Below are positions 23,549 to 32,000 of a stretch of DNA of 32,000 nucleotides, one piece after another; position 1 is the stretch's first letter, and each line of letters starts with the position of its first letter. Origin of the DNA: Thermodesulfobacteriota bacterium (GTDB lineage: Bacteria > Desulfobacterota > WTBG01 > JAGOGO01); NCBI GenBank assembly GCA_026625185.1, contig CP113000.1, positions 945,622 through 977,621 on the forward strand, given 5' to 3'. A program made the position numbers and the translations under genes. The notes beneath the pieces were generated by a model. That model saw nothing but the letters and a program-made list of their open reading frames with translations. It searched no databases and was not told the origin of the DNA.

Positions 23549-25372
23549 TTACACCTTGTGAAAAAAATTGTAAATATTCTCCGCGTCTTTTGCGGTAATT
23601 GACGGGGCCTGCGAAATTTCTTCCTTTTCGGCATGCTGAATCTTTTTTATGCTGCCAAAATAAATAAGAAGATTTTTTTTCTTCTTGGGACCAATACCGG
23701 GGATGCTATCAAGCGGAGAAGCAGTCTGCTTTTTTGCTCTCAGTTTTCGGTGGAAGGTAATGGCGAAACGATGCGCTTCATCCCGAATCCGCTGGAGAAG
23801 ATGGAGCGCTGAGCTGTGTTTGGAAAGGATAAGCGGATCTTTGCGGCCCGGAAGAAAAACTTTTTCCGGCCCTTTGGTAAAATCCTGAAGCTTGCCCTTG
23901 GCAAGCCCGATGGTGTCAATAGTAATTCCCAATTCCTTCATCACTTGACCGGCAACCTGGAGTTGTCCCTTTCCTCCGTCAACGATGAGAAGATCAGGAA
24001 GGTCTTGCTCTTCCGGGCCTCTGGTAAGGCGGCGTTTAATGACTTCATACATCATTCCATAGTCATCGGCTTGATCCACGGTTTTTATTTTGTAGTGCCG
24101 GTATTTCTGCTTGAGCGGCTCGCCCTCTTCAAACCTGACCATGGAACCCACTGCTTCTTTCCCAAAAAGGTTGGAAATGTCAAAACACTCAATAATTCTG
24201 GGTTCACGCTGAAGGCGGAGACTTTCTTTAATTTTTTTCATTGCTCGGTTAATTTTCTCGCTCTGGGCTTCGCGGTTTTCCAGCATAAGCTTGGCATTGT
24301 CAAACGCCATGGTAAGCAGATTTTTTCGATCCCCCTGGTGGGGAAAAATAATTTTTATTTTTTTCCCCTTGCGCTCCGAAAAGTATTCTTCAATAAGGTT
24401 TTGATTTTCAAGCCGCAGAGGGATAATCACCTCGTCCGGAATATATTTCCCTTCTCCGTAAAATTGGGTGAGAAAGGAGGAAATAACCTCTTCATCCTCC
24501 AACTCAACCTTACGAAAAGAAAATGACTGATTGCCCACCATCCGGCCCTGGCGGATAAAAAGAATAAAAATCTCGAAAAGAATACCCTTGCGAAAATAAG
24601 AAATAACGTCCTGATCAATGAATCGGGTGGAAACGATTTTTTGTTTTTCTAAGGTTTTCTCAATCGCTTTAATCTCATCCCTGATGAGCGCGGCTCTTTC
24701 AAAATTAAGATTCTTAGACTCTTCGTTCATTTCCGCAATCAGTTGAGTGATCAGATCCCGGTCCTGACCGCGGAGAAAGAGGAGGACTTTTTTTACAATT
24801 TTGTTGTATTCCTCCTGGTCAACCTTATAGCAACAAGGAGCTAAGCATCTTTTGAGCTGGAAGTTGATGCACGGGCGAATCCGGTTTTTAAAGATACGCT
24901 GGGAGCACTTCCGAATAGGAAAAAGCCTATGAATGATTTGGATTGTCTCCCGCACCGCATTGGCCGAGGCATAGGGACCAAAATAGAGAGAATTATCTTT
25001 TTCCACCCTTCTGACAAAAATAAGGCGGGGATAGTCTTCCTTAATCGTAAACTTTAAATAAAGAAAGTGCTTATCGTCCTTAAGATTAACATTGTAGCGG
25101 GGCTTATGTTTTTTGATTAAGTTGCTCTCAAGGATAAGCGCTTCCTTTTCCGTGGCGGTGATCAGGTAATCCAAGTCAGCGACTTTAGAAACCAGCACCT
25201 GGGTTTTTATGGGTTGATCAGCGCCTGCTTGAAAATATGACCTTACCCGGGAGCGGAGACTTATTGCCTTTCCCACATAAAGAACAGTGCCTGCCCGGTC
25301 CTTCATGAGATAAACACCCGGCTGGGCGGGAAGAGAAGCTAATTTGTCTTCCAAGTGAGAGAAAGTTTCCAT
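23549..25372 (-). CDS. uvrC: excinuclease ABC subunit C
   Basis: It has a GIY-YIG N-terminus (PGVYLMKD...LYVGKA), a UvrBC-interaction region and a C-terminal (HhH)2. I prefer the ATG at 25372 over the TTG at 25390. Confidence 0.92.
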   Translation of the reverse strand: METFSHLEDKLASLPAQPGVYLMKDRAGTVLYVGKAISLRSRVRSYFQAGADQPIKTQVLVSKVADLDYLITATEKEALILESNLIKKHKPRYNVNLKDDKHFLYLKFTIKEDYPRLIFVRRVEKDNSLYFGPYASANAVRETIQIIHRLFPIRKCSQRIFKNRIRPCINFQLKRCLAPCCYKVDQEEYNKIVKKVLLFLRGQDRDLITQLIAEMNEESKNLNFERAALIRDEIKAIEKTLEKQKIVSTRFIDQDVISYFRKGILFEIFILFIRQGRMVGNQSFSFRKVELEDEEVISSFLTQFYGEGKYIPDEVIIPLRLENQNLIEEYFSERKGKKIKIIFPHQGDRKNLLTMAFDNAKLMLENREAQSEKINRAMKKIKESLRLQREPRIIECFDISNLFGKEAVGSMVRFEEGEPLKQKYRHYKIKTVDQADDYGMMYEVIKRRLTRGPEEQDLPDLLIVDGGKGQLQVAGQVMKELGITIDTIGLAKGKLQDFTKGPEKVFLPGRKDPLILSKHSSALHLLQRIRDEAHRFAITFHRKLRAKKQTASPLDSIPGIGPKKKKNLLIYFGSIKKIQHAEKEEISQAPSITAKDAENIYNFFHKV

Positions 25373-25404
25373 AGGTAGTAGAAATAACAATCTTGTGGAC
25401 CGGT

Positions 25405-25989
25405 TTACCGGAGTTTCGCCACTGCCCGGATCGGAGATGCTTCGGTTGTTAGTTTCAGAGGAAAGAGATAAAGCTCAGCTTTTTGATACAGTATCTTTTG
25501 CAAGTTACACATTTCTTCAACGATCAAGATACCCTTTCCCTGGATAAGGCGATGAACAGTGATATCTCCTACTGAAATAATGTCGCTCCCCAGAATCTTA
25601 ATCCCCAGGCTGCTGATCCACTCTGCTTGTTGCGGGGTTAGACTTGGGGGTGAAAGGTATTTTTCGTCACCCCACCATTGGTCATAGCCGGAATAAAGGT
25701 TTAATATCGGTGTCCCGACCGCATAGCGCCCGATGTCTTGCAACGCAATCGTAGTCGCCGGCCCGAAAAAGGTATCAAGGGGATATTCGCTGAGCATCTT
25801 CCCATTCGGCATTGAGTGCGCCGGGGATTCAATATGCGTGCCGCAATGACAGCTCATGGTAATATTATGAACTAACCACCCTGCCTCCACGATTTTTGGA
25901 TCATCCGGTCTTTTTATCGAGGTTGGCATATCCCCCGGATAAACGGGCATTCCTTGTTCGATGGCAAAAGATAAATCTATGAGTCGCAT
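25405..25989 (-). CDS. cyclase-family protein (kynurenine formamidase-like)
   Basis: The cyclase metal motif HCGTHIESPAH is present. Confidence 0.75.
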   Translation of the reverse strand: MRLIDLSFAIEQGMPVYPGDMPTSIKRPDDPKIVEAGWLVHNITMSCHCGTHIESPAHSMPNGKMLSEYPLDTFFGPATTIALQDIGRYAVGTPILNLYSGYDQWWGDEKYLSPPSLTPQQAEWISSLGIKILGSDIISVGDITVHRLIQGKGILIVEEMCNLQKILYQKAELYLFPLKLTTEASPIRAVAKLR

Positions 25990-26093
25990 GAGTCAGTCCT
26001 TTCTGAGATTCATGGGCATTATTCCCTCAATTCTTTTCTGTCAATAGCCTAACTCCTCACTATAATGTTAAAAAGATTTTCACCGGTTTTAAG

Positions 26094-26700
26094 GTTATTG
26101 ATAACTCAGTTCCACAAAGATCAACTTATCGGTCTCAAACCCAAAATTATCTGCTTTATTATTGAGTTTACTAAGGGTTTCCGCTCCAAACTTCTTATCT
26201 CGTGCTAATATCCACAAGCAGGAAAGATTAGGGCAACCGACGAGAGAATATTTGTAATCTTTATTGTCCAGTTCAATGATATTATATCCGCCATAAAATG
26301 GCCCGAAAAAAGATACTTTTAATCTGCCGACATCAGGGCCGGCAATAAAATAAGCTTTTCCCTTCGCCTGCTGCCATTTCTTCCTTTTTGTATCGTAGCC
26401 TTGGTTTAAAACTTTTATCCCCCATCTTTTCTCAAAGTGGAGGTGACAGAAAGGTTACTTAAATCTCACTCGAAAAAATGAACCGCATTTATATAGGTGA
26501 AAAAAGCAACTCATAGAATCGATTAATTATATTTTATTATTTTATTACGGATTAAAATTTATATTCAAGCGGAAAGATCACTTCCTCAATGTTAAAGAAA
26601 AACAAATTGTTACTCGTTTCTATCTTTGCGGAGGGGATCCGGAATGCGTGAAAGCCGGTACTAAAATATAATTCATTTTTGATTTTATTGGCAACTTCAT
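26094..26700 (-). pseudogene. decayed bacterial lipocalin (Blc-like) gene
   Basis: The open C-terminal frame reads WGIKVLNQGYDTKRKKWQQAKGKAYFIAGPDVGRLKVSFFGPFYGGYNIIELDNKDYKYSLVGCPNLSCLWILARDKKF..., which closely follows the Blc pattern. The N-terminal third is only recognisable across stops and frameshifts (IETSNNL..., signal-peptide-like MKLPIK...). Confidence 0.6.
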
Positions 26701-26735
26701 AAATATATAAGTTTCTAAACTGCGAAAAGGGGGTA

Positions 26736-26764
26736 TTGACAAACCTTCCCCAAAAGACTAAAAT
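26736..26764 (+). promoter_or_regulatory. near-consensus sigma70 promoter for selC (TTGACA-N17-TAAAAT)
   Basis: The hexamers were read directly. The -10 ends 44 nt before the mature tRNA 5' end. Confidence 0.6.
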
Positions 26765-26808
26765 GAAAAACTTAGTGATGGTACAGGAAACTCTTGAAAA
26801 TAATTTAA

Positions 26809-26905
26809 GGAAGTGGTGAGGTCCTGGTGGGCCTCCTGGACTTCAAATCCAGTGAGAGGCGTGAGCAACGTCTCTGGTGGGTTCGATTCCCATGCACTTC
26901 CGCCA
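26809..26905 (+). tRNA. selC: tRNA-Sec (anticodon TCA)
   Basis: GGAAGTGG...CTGGA-CTTCAAA-TCCAG gives the anticodon arm. There is a 6-bp D stem with a 4-nt loop (AGGTCC TGGT GGGCCT), a long variable arm (TGAGAGGCGTGAGCAACGTCTCTG), a T arm (GTGGG TTCGATT CCCAT), and an encoded discriminator G plus CCA. Confidence 0.9.
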
Positions 26906-26910
26906 TTTTC

Positions 26911-26934
26911 AAAACCCCCTTTATAGGGGGTTTT
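26911..26934 (+). terminator. rho-independent terminator after selC
   Basis: AAAACCCCC tttata GGGGGTTTT. Confidence 0.7.
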
Positions 26935-27006
26935 AACTTTGAGCAATTAAATTTTGACATAAAAACTAAATACGTTAAGATAAGGTTTAAAAACAACGGA
27001 GGTTTT

Positions 27007-27315
27007 ATGGCAACGTGTGAAAAGTGTGGAGAAGAATTTAAACCTTATTGGCGCCTTGCCGAGCTTCAGAATAAAAAGTGCGAAAAATGTGAGTACTTAG
27101 AGGAGGAGAAAAAAAATAAACGGATTTGGACCGCATTGCTCAAAGCTGCAATCGGTTTTCTATTAGTTCTTTTTACTCCCTTATCAAGCACATGGCCATT
27201 AAAAGCCTTGGGCTTTTTCCTCATCGTGCTGGGCTTAATTAAATTGATCGAGGATGCCATCATGCACCGCCCTTCTAAAAAAGGAAGCCTGCGAATAAAA
27301 TCTCAAAAACCCTGA
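27007..27315 (+). CDS. small zinc-ribbon / two-TM membrane protein (102 aa)
   Basis: A GGAGG RBS sits at 26998-27002. The sequence is MATCEKCGEEF...KCEKCEY followed by two hydrophobic helices. The longer track ORF starting at 26827 would overlap selC. Confidence 0.6.
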   Translation: MATCEKCGEEFKPYWRLAELQNKKCEKCEYLEEEKKNKRIWTALLKAAIGFLLVLFTPLSSTWPLKALGFFLIVLGLIKLIEDAIMHRPSKKGSLRIKSQKP

Positions 27316-27337
27316 ACAAAAGCTGAAAAACAGCGCC

Positions 27338-28975
27338 ATGAAAATCGCGTTAGCCCAAATCAACACAACCATCGGCGATTTTGAAGGGAATACAGAAAAA
27401 ATTTTCCGGTTTATTGACGCAGCCCACCAAAAAGCCTGCGATCTTGTTATGTTCCCTGAGCTTGCCCTCCCCGGGTACCCCCCTACCGACTACATTGACA
27501 AACCGGACTTTGTCCGATTAAACATGGAAAAATTGGACCAAATTGCCAAAGCCTCTCAAACTATCGGGATAATCCTGGGATACTTAGACGTTAATCACAA
27601 CCAAGAAGGTAAACCGTTTTATAATGCAGCTGCGTTACTCAATAAAGGAAAAATAATTTCCCGTGTTTTTAAAACGCTTCTTCCTTCTTATGATGTGTTT
27701 GATGAAAATCGTTATTTTCAGGCCGGCAAATCTAACCAGGTCATTCATTTTTCAGGAAAGCGATTGGGGATTACGATTTGTGAGGACATCTGGAACGACA
27801 AAGCTTTTTTCCATGAGCACCTTTATCAGGAAGACCCCGTGGAACTGCTGGTCAAACAAGGTTTGGATCTCCTGATTAATATTTCAGGGTCGCCTTTCTA
27901 TGTGGGCAAAAGAGACCTCCGGATAAATATCCTCAAGAACCTTGCCCGCAAATATCACATTCCGGTCGTATATCTAAACCTGGTAGGCGGAAATGACAGT
28001 CTTCTTTTCGATGGCGGAAGTATGGTCATTGACCCTCAGGGACAAGTACGAGCTTCAGCCAAAGAATTTGAAGAAGACCTTATTACTTTTGATGGGGATA
28101 CTAACCAGGGAGATATTCACCTTTCGATGAGAGCTGATGAAGAACTCATATTTAAAGCTCTTTGCATGGGAACAAGGGATTATGTCTCTAAATGTGGTTT
28201 TAAACACGTGGCCTTGGGCTTAAGCGGAGGGATTGACTCTTCGCTCGTTGCCTGTATTGCTGCTCAAGCTCTGGGAAAACAAAACGTCCTGGGAGTGGCT
28301 ATGCCTTCCCTTTACTCGTCTCCAGCAAGCCTTGAGGATGCGCAGCTTCTTGCTCAGCGCCTGGGGATAAATTTTCGCAGCATCTCCATATCCGATATTT
28401 TCCAAATATACCTCAAAGAGTTGCAGCCTTTTTTTGCTCAGTATGAAAGCGACACTACCGAGGAAAATCTTCAAGCGCGCATCCGGGGTAACATCCTCAT
28501 GGCCCTGGCCAACAAATTCAATGCGTTAGTCTTAACAACCGGGAATAAATCCGAGATGGCGGTTGGATATTGCACCCTGTATGGTGATATGTGCGGGGCG
28601 TTGGCAGTTATTTCAGATGTGCCTAAAACCATGGTTTATAGCCTCGCGCGTTACCTTAACCACGATAAGGAGATCATTCCTGGAAGGGTCATCAGCCGAC
28701 CACCTTCAGCAGAATTAAAACCCGATCAGACTGATCAGGATACTCTGCCCCCTTACGATGTCTTGGATGATATTTTAACCGAGTATGTGGAAAAAAACCG
28801 AAACATCGCGGACATAATCAAGAAAGGCCATGATCCAAGAATTGTCCAGGATACAATCCGCCGAATCCACCTCAATGAATACAAGCGTAAACAAGCCCCC
28901 CCAGGACTTAAAATAACTACCAAAGCATTTGGCCTGGGAAGGCGATATCCTATTGCCCACCGTTTCGCCCTATAG
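27338..28975 (+). CDS. nadE: glutamine-dependent NAD+ synthetase
   Basis: It has an N-terminal nitrilase-like domain (FPELALPGY, ITICEDIW) and a C-terminal PP-loop domain (GLSGGIDSS). Confidence 0.92.
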   Translation: MKIALAQINTTIGDFEGNTEKIFRFIDAAHQKACDLVMFPELALPGYPPTDYIDKPDFVRLNMEKLDQIAKASQTIGIILGYLDVNHNQEGKPFYNAAALLNKGKIISRVFKTLLPSYDVFDENRYFQAGKSNQVIHFSGKRLGITICEDIWNDKAFFHEHLYQEDPVELLVKQGLDLLINISGSPFYVGKRDLRINILKNLARKYHIPVVYLNLVGGNDSLLFDGGSMVIDPQGQVRASAKEFEEDLITFDGDTNQGDIHLSMRADEELIFKALCMGTRDYVSKCGFKHVALGLSGGIDSSLVACIAAQALGKQNVLGVAMPSLYSSPASLEDAQLLAQRLGINFRSISISDIFQIYLKELQPFFAQYESDTTEENLQARIRGNILMALANKFNALVLTTGNKSEMAVGYCTLYGDMCGALAVISDVPKTMVYSLARYLNHDKEIIPGRVISRPPSAELKPDQTDQDTLPPYDVLDDILTEYVEKNRNIADIIKKGHDPRIVQDTIRRIHLNEYKRKQAPPGLKITTKAFGLGRRYPIAHRFAL

Positions 28976-29045
28976 TGACTGTGAACAATTAAATTGCTTA
29001 GATAAACAAAACTAAACAATCATAAGGAGAAAGGATAGGCACGTT

Positions 29046-29291
29046 ATGACTGGCGAGCTGAAGAGCACCTTAGACCTTGTTATGGAGAAACTAAAAGGAG
29101 TGGAAAAAGAACTGCCCGGGATTACCCAAGGTCAGAAAGAGCGTATTGCCGAGATAAGGCGAAAATATGAAGCAAAGATTGCGGAAACAAAAATTCTTTC
29201 CACCGACAAAGAAAAACTCGGGCCCGAGATTGTGAAGTTAGAAGAAAAAAGAGAAGAAGAGATTGCAAAGGTTTATCGAGGGATCTCGTAA
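29046..29291 (+). CDS. hypothetical coiled-coil protein (81 aa)
   Basis: The composition is Lys/Glu-rich and helical. The stop codon abuts the 3' end of the convergent tRNA-Pro. Confidence 0.45.
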   Translation: MTGELKSTLDLVMEKLKGVEKELPGITQGQKERIAEIRRKYEAKIAETKILSTDKEKLGPEIVKLEEKREEEIAKVYRGIS

Positions 29292-29366
<75 letters not shown>

Positions 29367-29427
29367 AATAAAATTAATATTACCATCTTTATCCCACAGA
29401 AGTCAAGTAGGATTGAACCTTCTCATT

Positions 29428-30027
29428 TTATGGAAAATATTTTTTCAGGAGGGGGCGAAGTTTCTCCATTGCTCGCGCCCGGTGGCTGATCCGGTTTTTT
29501 TCTTCCTGGCTTAGTTCAGCAAATGTTTTTCCCAAATCCGGCACTAAAAAAAGAGGATCATAGCCAAATCCATTTCTTCCCCGGGGAGACTCCGTTATCA
29601 CCCCTGGGCATTCTCCGTCTACCCATTCCCACCTCCCATCAGGCGTGCACATCACGATCGCGCACACAAACCGCGCCCCTCGTTCAGATAAAGGGACGCC
29701 TCTCATTTCTTGAAACACTTTGCTATTATTGTCTTCATCGCTTGCTTGGGGTCCAGCGTAACGCGCAGAAAAAACACCAGGGCGTTGGCCGAGATAAGTG
29801 ATCTCTAAGCCCGAATCATCAGCAACGGAGACCTCGCCGGTTATTCGGGCAGTTAGTTCTGCTTTTTTCAATGCATTTTCCCAAAAACTTTTTCCATCTT
29901 CGACCACCGAAAACGGATAATCAAAGTCTTTCCAAGAAAGAAGAGCTACATCCTCATCCGCTAAAAAAGCGCGGAACTCCTTAATTTTCCCTTGATTTCT
30001 GGTTCCTATAACTATCTTTTTGGTCAT
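29428..30027 (-). CDS. rdgB: dITP/XTP pyrophosphatase (RdgB/HAM1 family)
   Basis: GTRNQGKIKEF...DDSGLEI...GFGYDPLF are typical Ham1 motifs. Confidence 0.9.
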   Translation of the reverse strand: MTKKIVIGTRNQGKIKEFRAFLADEDVALLSWKDFDYPFSVVEDGKSFWENALKKAELTARITGEVSVADDSGLEITYLGQRPGVFSARYAGPQASDEDNNSKVFQEMRGVPLSERGARFVCAIVMCTPDGRWEWVDGECPGVITESPRGRNGFGYDPLFLVPDLGKTFAELSQEEKNRISHRARAMEKLRPLLKKYFP

Positions 30028-30103
30028 AATACTAAAATTTAAATTGGGAACATTATGTTAGGTCTTTTGTGAACTTGACATCAAAATTATAAGGAATTTC
30101 TGT

Positions 30104-30131
30104 TTTATACACTATAAAAATATCATGTCAA
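30104..30131 (-). promoter_or_regulatory. sigma70-like promoter for rdgB (TTGACA-N16-TATAAA on the minus strand)
   Basis: The hexamers were read on the reverse complement. The site is ~75 nt upstream of the rdgB ATG. Confidence 0.45.
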
Positions 30132-30287
30132 CTTCTTTAACAAAACAACGTCCTTCCCTTTTTGGTTTGAATAACAAATTAAAAAACCCCTTAAGGATAC
30201 TATCCCATGGTTCAGTGATACTTGCGCTAAATGCGAGGATAAAGGTTGAATAACGATATACCGGAAGATGATGGGAGGTGATTTTTT

Positions 30288-30854
30288 CTAACGAAGGGTG
30301 AATTCCTTTAAAATCGTATAGACTGCCCCGGTGGGTTTAAGCTCGCTCTTAAAAAAAATTACCCGCTCAACCCTGATCTCTCCGAAGTCCCGTTCTCGTT
30401 CATCAAGCAGATATTTAGCCAGTTCATCCTTTCCCTTGGGAGACCTGACCCGGCCTAAGGTGAGATGGGCTGAAAATGGGCGCTTTTCTTCCTCAAAGCC
30501 AAGCTTGGACATTTCTTTTTCAATTTCATTTTGTAGTTTGACAAGCTGACCGACTTGGTCTTCAATGCCGATCCAAACTACTCTTGGATTTCTGAGAGAA
30601 GGAAAAGCTCCCATATTTTTTACCATCACCGGCCAGGGTTTAAATCCTTTTATCCCCTCCTGAATCCCCTGCGTAATTTCCTCCACCTTTTTTTCCTCAA
30701 TATTACCCAAAAATTTTAAAGTCAGATGGATCGATTGGGGGTTCACCCACTTGACATCCGCAGATAAGGTCCTAAGCTCTTTTTGCGTTTTACCAATTCG
30801 AAAAATGATTTCAGCCCTGAGTGGGATAGCGATAAAACTTCTTATGGTCGTCAT
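30288..30854 (-). CDS. thpR: RNA 2',3'-cyclic phosphodiesterase (2H phosphoesterase, LigT/ThpR)
   Basis: It has two HxT motifs (HLTLKFLG, HLTLGRV). An ATG at 30854 and a GTG at 30893 are both possible starts. Confidence 0.85.
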   Translation of the reverse strand: MTTIRSFIAIPLRAEIIFRIGKTQKELRTLSADVKWVNPQSIHLTLKFLGNIEEKKVEEITQGIQEGIKGFKPWPVMVKNMGAFPSLRNPRVVWIGIEDQVGQLVKLQNEIEKEMSKLGFEEEKRPFSAHLTLGRVRSPKGKDELAKYLLDERERDFGEIRVERVIFFKSELKPTGAVYTILKEFTLR

Positions 30855-31115
30855 GACAAATTTATCTGAAAAGTAAGAAATAGTAATGACCACAAAATTT
30901 CAGTTACATGATAAAACTCTCATTAATATTTTGTCAAACCCTAACCCCTTATTTGACATACGCTTCATTAACCCCCTTTATCCATTTGACTTTTAAAGCC
31001 ATTTTAATATATTTAATAAGTTCTCTATGCATAGGAAACCCAGAAGTACGGTCGGATTTTCCCCTGCGGTCTCCTTCAAAAAGACCATTTTTCTGTTCTA
31101 TTGCACCCCGATCAT

Positions 31116-31268
31116 TTATCCCGAGACCATGATTCCCGACAAATAAAAATACCTGTTAAATCTCAACCCTGCGCACCGCTGATTATAAGCTGGAGAAACC
31201 TTTTTCTTGAAGGCACGCTGAATTTGGACTCTCTGTCGCTTAGTTTTCTCTATGGCGCAGTTGTGTAT
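31116..31268 (-). mobile_element. possible C-terminal remnant of an IS5-family DDE transposase
   Basis: The translation AIEKTKRQRVQIQRAFKKKVSPAYNQRCAGLRFNRYFYLSGIMV resembles the IS5-family C-terminal pattern YKxRxxIERxFxxLKxxRRIATRYDKxAxxF. It has no start codon, and the surrounding frames are full of stops. Confidence 0.3.
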
Positions 31269-31472
31269 CTAGCAGAGTATTTCATTTATAAGAAACTCTA
31301 ATGGAAGCTCGCAGAGGTGCTATGAACAAGCCCGTAGTCTTCACAGAGATGAAACCTATATCGAAAATTTGGATAGCCATAAGGGACTACATTCCGGCAA
31401 TCTATCTGACCTACCCTTGATGCACCCTGCGCCGACATTCAGCATGGCTTTTTGCGTATTCGGTTAGTTTTT

Positions 31473-32000
31473 CTAACTATTCTTTTTCGTAAGGATATAC
31501 CGTCTAACCTGGTTCAGGGCGACCGCGGAGGTCATCCATTTAATCTGCTGCCGGTCTCCGGGAAGATGATATTCCTTTGTTGATGTTTCTTTTCCGTCGG
31601 TGAGGGAAATAAAAACCGTGCCAACGGGCTTGTCCGGCCTGCCTCCGGCAGGACCGGCAATCCCGGTAGTGGCAAGACCGAGGGTAGTTCCGGCTGAATT
31701 TCGTATCCCTTCGGCCATAAGTTTAGCAGTAATTTCACTTACGGCGCCGTGAGTGCGGATAACTTCTTCGGGCACTTTAAGCAAATCAATTTTAGCCTGG
31801 TTGCTATACACCACGACTACTCGTTCCAAATAATCAGAGCTTCCGGGTATATTGGTGAGACGATGACCGATCAGCCCTCCGGTGCAGGATTCGGCAACAG
31901 CAATAGTAGCCCTTGCCTTTCGAAGCAGATTACCCACTACTTCCTCCATCGTGTCATCATCTGTACCGAATACGTGATGCTCAAGCCTTTCTCTTATTTT
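31473..32000 (-). CDS. cinA: CinA-family protein; PncC nicotinamide-nucleotide amidase domain plus upstream part (5' end outside window)
   Basis: The C-terminal CinA domain is TIAVAESCTGGL...GLATTGIAGPAGG. The frame stays open upstream of the listed ATG to the window edge (KIRERLEHHVFGTDDDT-MEEVV), as in full-length CinA. Confidence 0.85.
   Translation of the reverse strand, partial: KIRERLEHHVFGTDDDTMEEVVGNLLRKARATIAVAESCTGGLIGHRLTNIPGSSDYLERVVVVYSNQAKIDLLKVPEEVIRTHGAVSEITAKLMAEGIRNSAGTTLGLATTGIAGPAGGRPDKPVGTVFISLTDGKETSTKEYHLPGDRQQIKWMTSAVALNQVRRYILTKKNS

Noticed and set aside
26827-27006. N-terminal extension of ORF 26827-27315 (162 aa).
   Set aside because: The extension overlaps the tRNA-Sec gene and its terminator on the same strand. 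An internal ATG at 27007 has a GGAGG RBS and starts the zinc-ribbon motif.

Overview
This is a bacterial chromosomal window of moderate GC content (judged by eye), made mostly of housekeeping genes. These include MEP-pathway genes (dxs 3' part, ispH) and tlyA. A long minus-strand Fe-S/NAD block follows: nifU-nifS-nadA-S4 protein-mrp/apbC-iscU-like-fmdB-like. Also present are prmA, a cysK / NIL-ferredoxin / cysE sulfur module, uvrC, nadE, rdgB, thpR and cinA/pncC (5' end runs off the window). RNA genes are tRNA-Sec (selC, anticodon TCA, with a near-consensus promoter) and tRNA-Pro(TGG). Two tracts look accessory. (1) 10.85-14.6 kb is AT-rich. It holds a stand-alone TPP-dependent enzyme gene, a ~50-codon internal fragment of a comM/yifB-type ATPase, a PD-(D/E)XK-like ORF broken by an in-frame TAA, and a frameshifted remnant of a 4-oxalocrotonate tautomerase paralog. 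(2) 19.4-23.5 kb lies between cysE and uvrC. Here three blocks of unknown-function genes with visibly different GC are each followed by a hairpin site with integron attC architecture (RYYYAAC ... GTTRRRY). The first block is preceded by a GTTAGGC core and a cluster of 9-mer repeats, and no integrase gene is present (CALIN-like). This is my best candidate for an undescribed system. Other observations are short tandem 7/8-nt repeat arrays and a REP/MITE-like hairpin cluster in intergenic spacers, a NIL-ferredoxin gene split across two frames, a decayed lipocalin gene upstream of selC, and a possible IS5-like transposase remnant. All homology calls come from reading the translations, and no database search was run.
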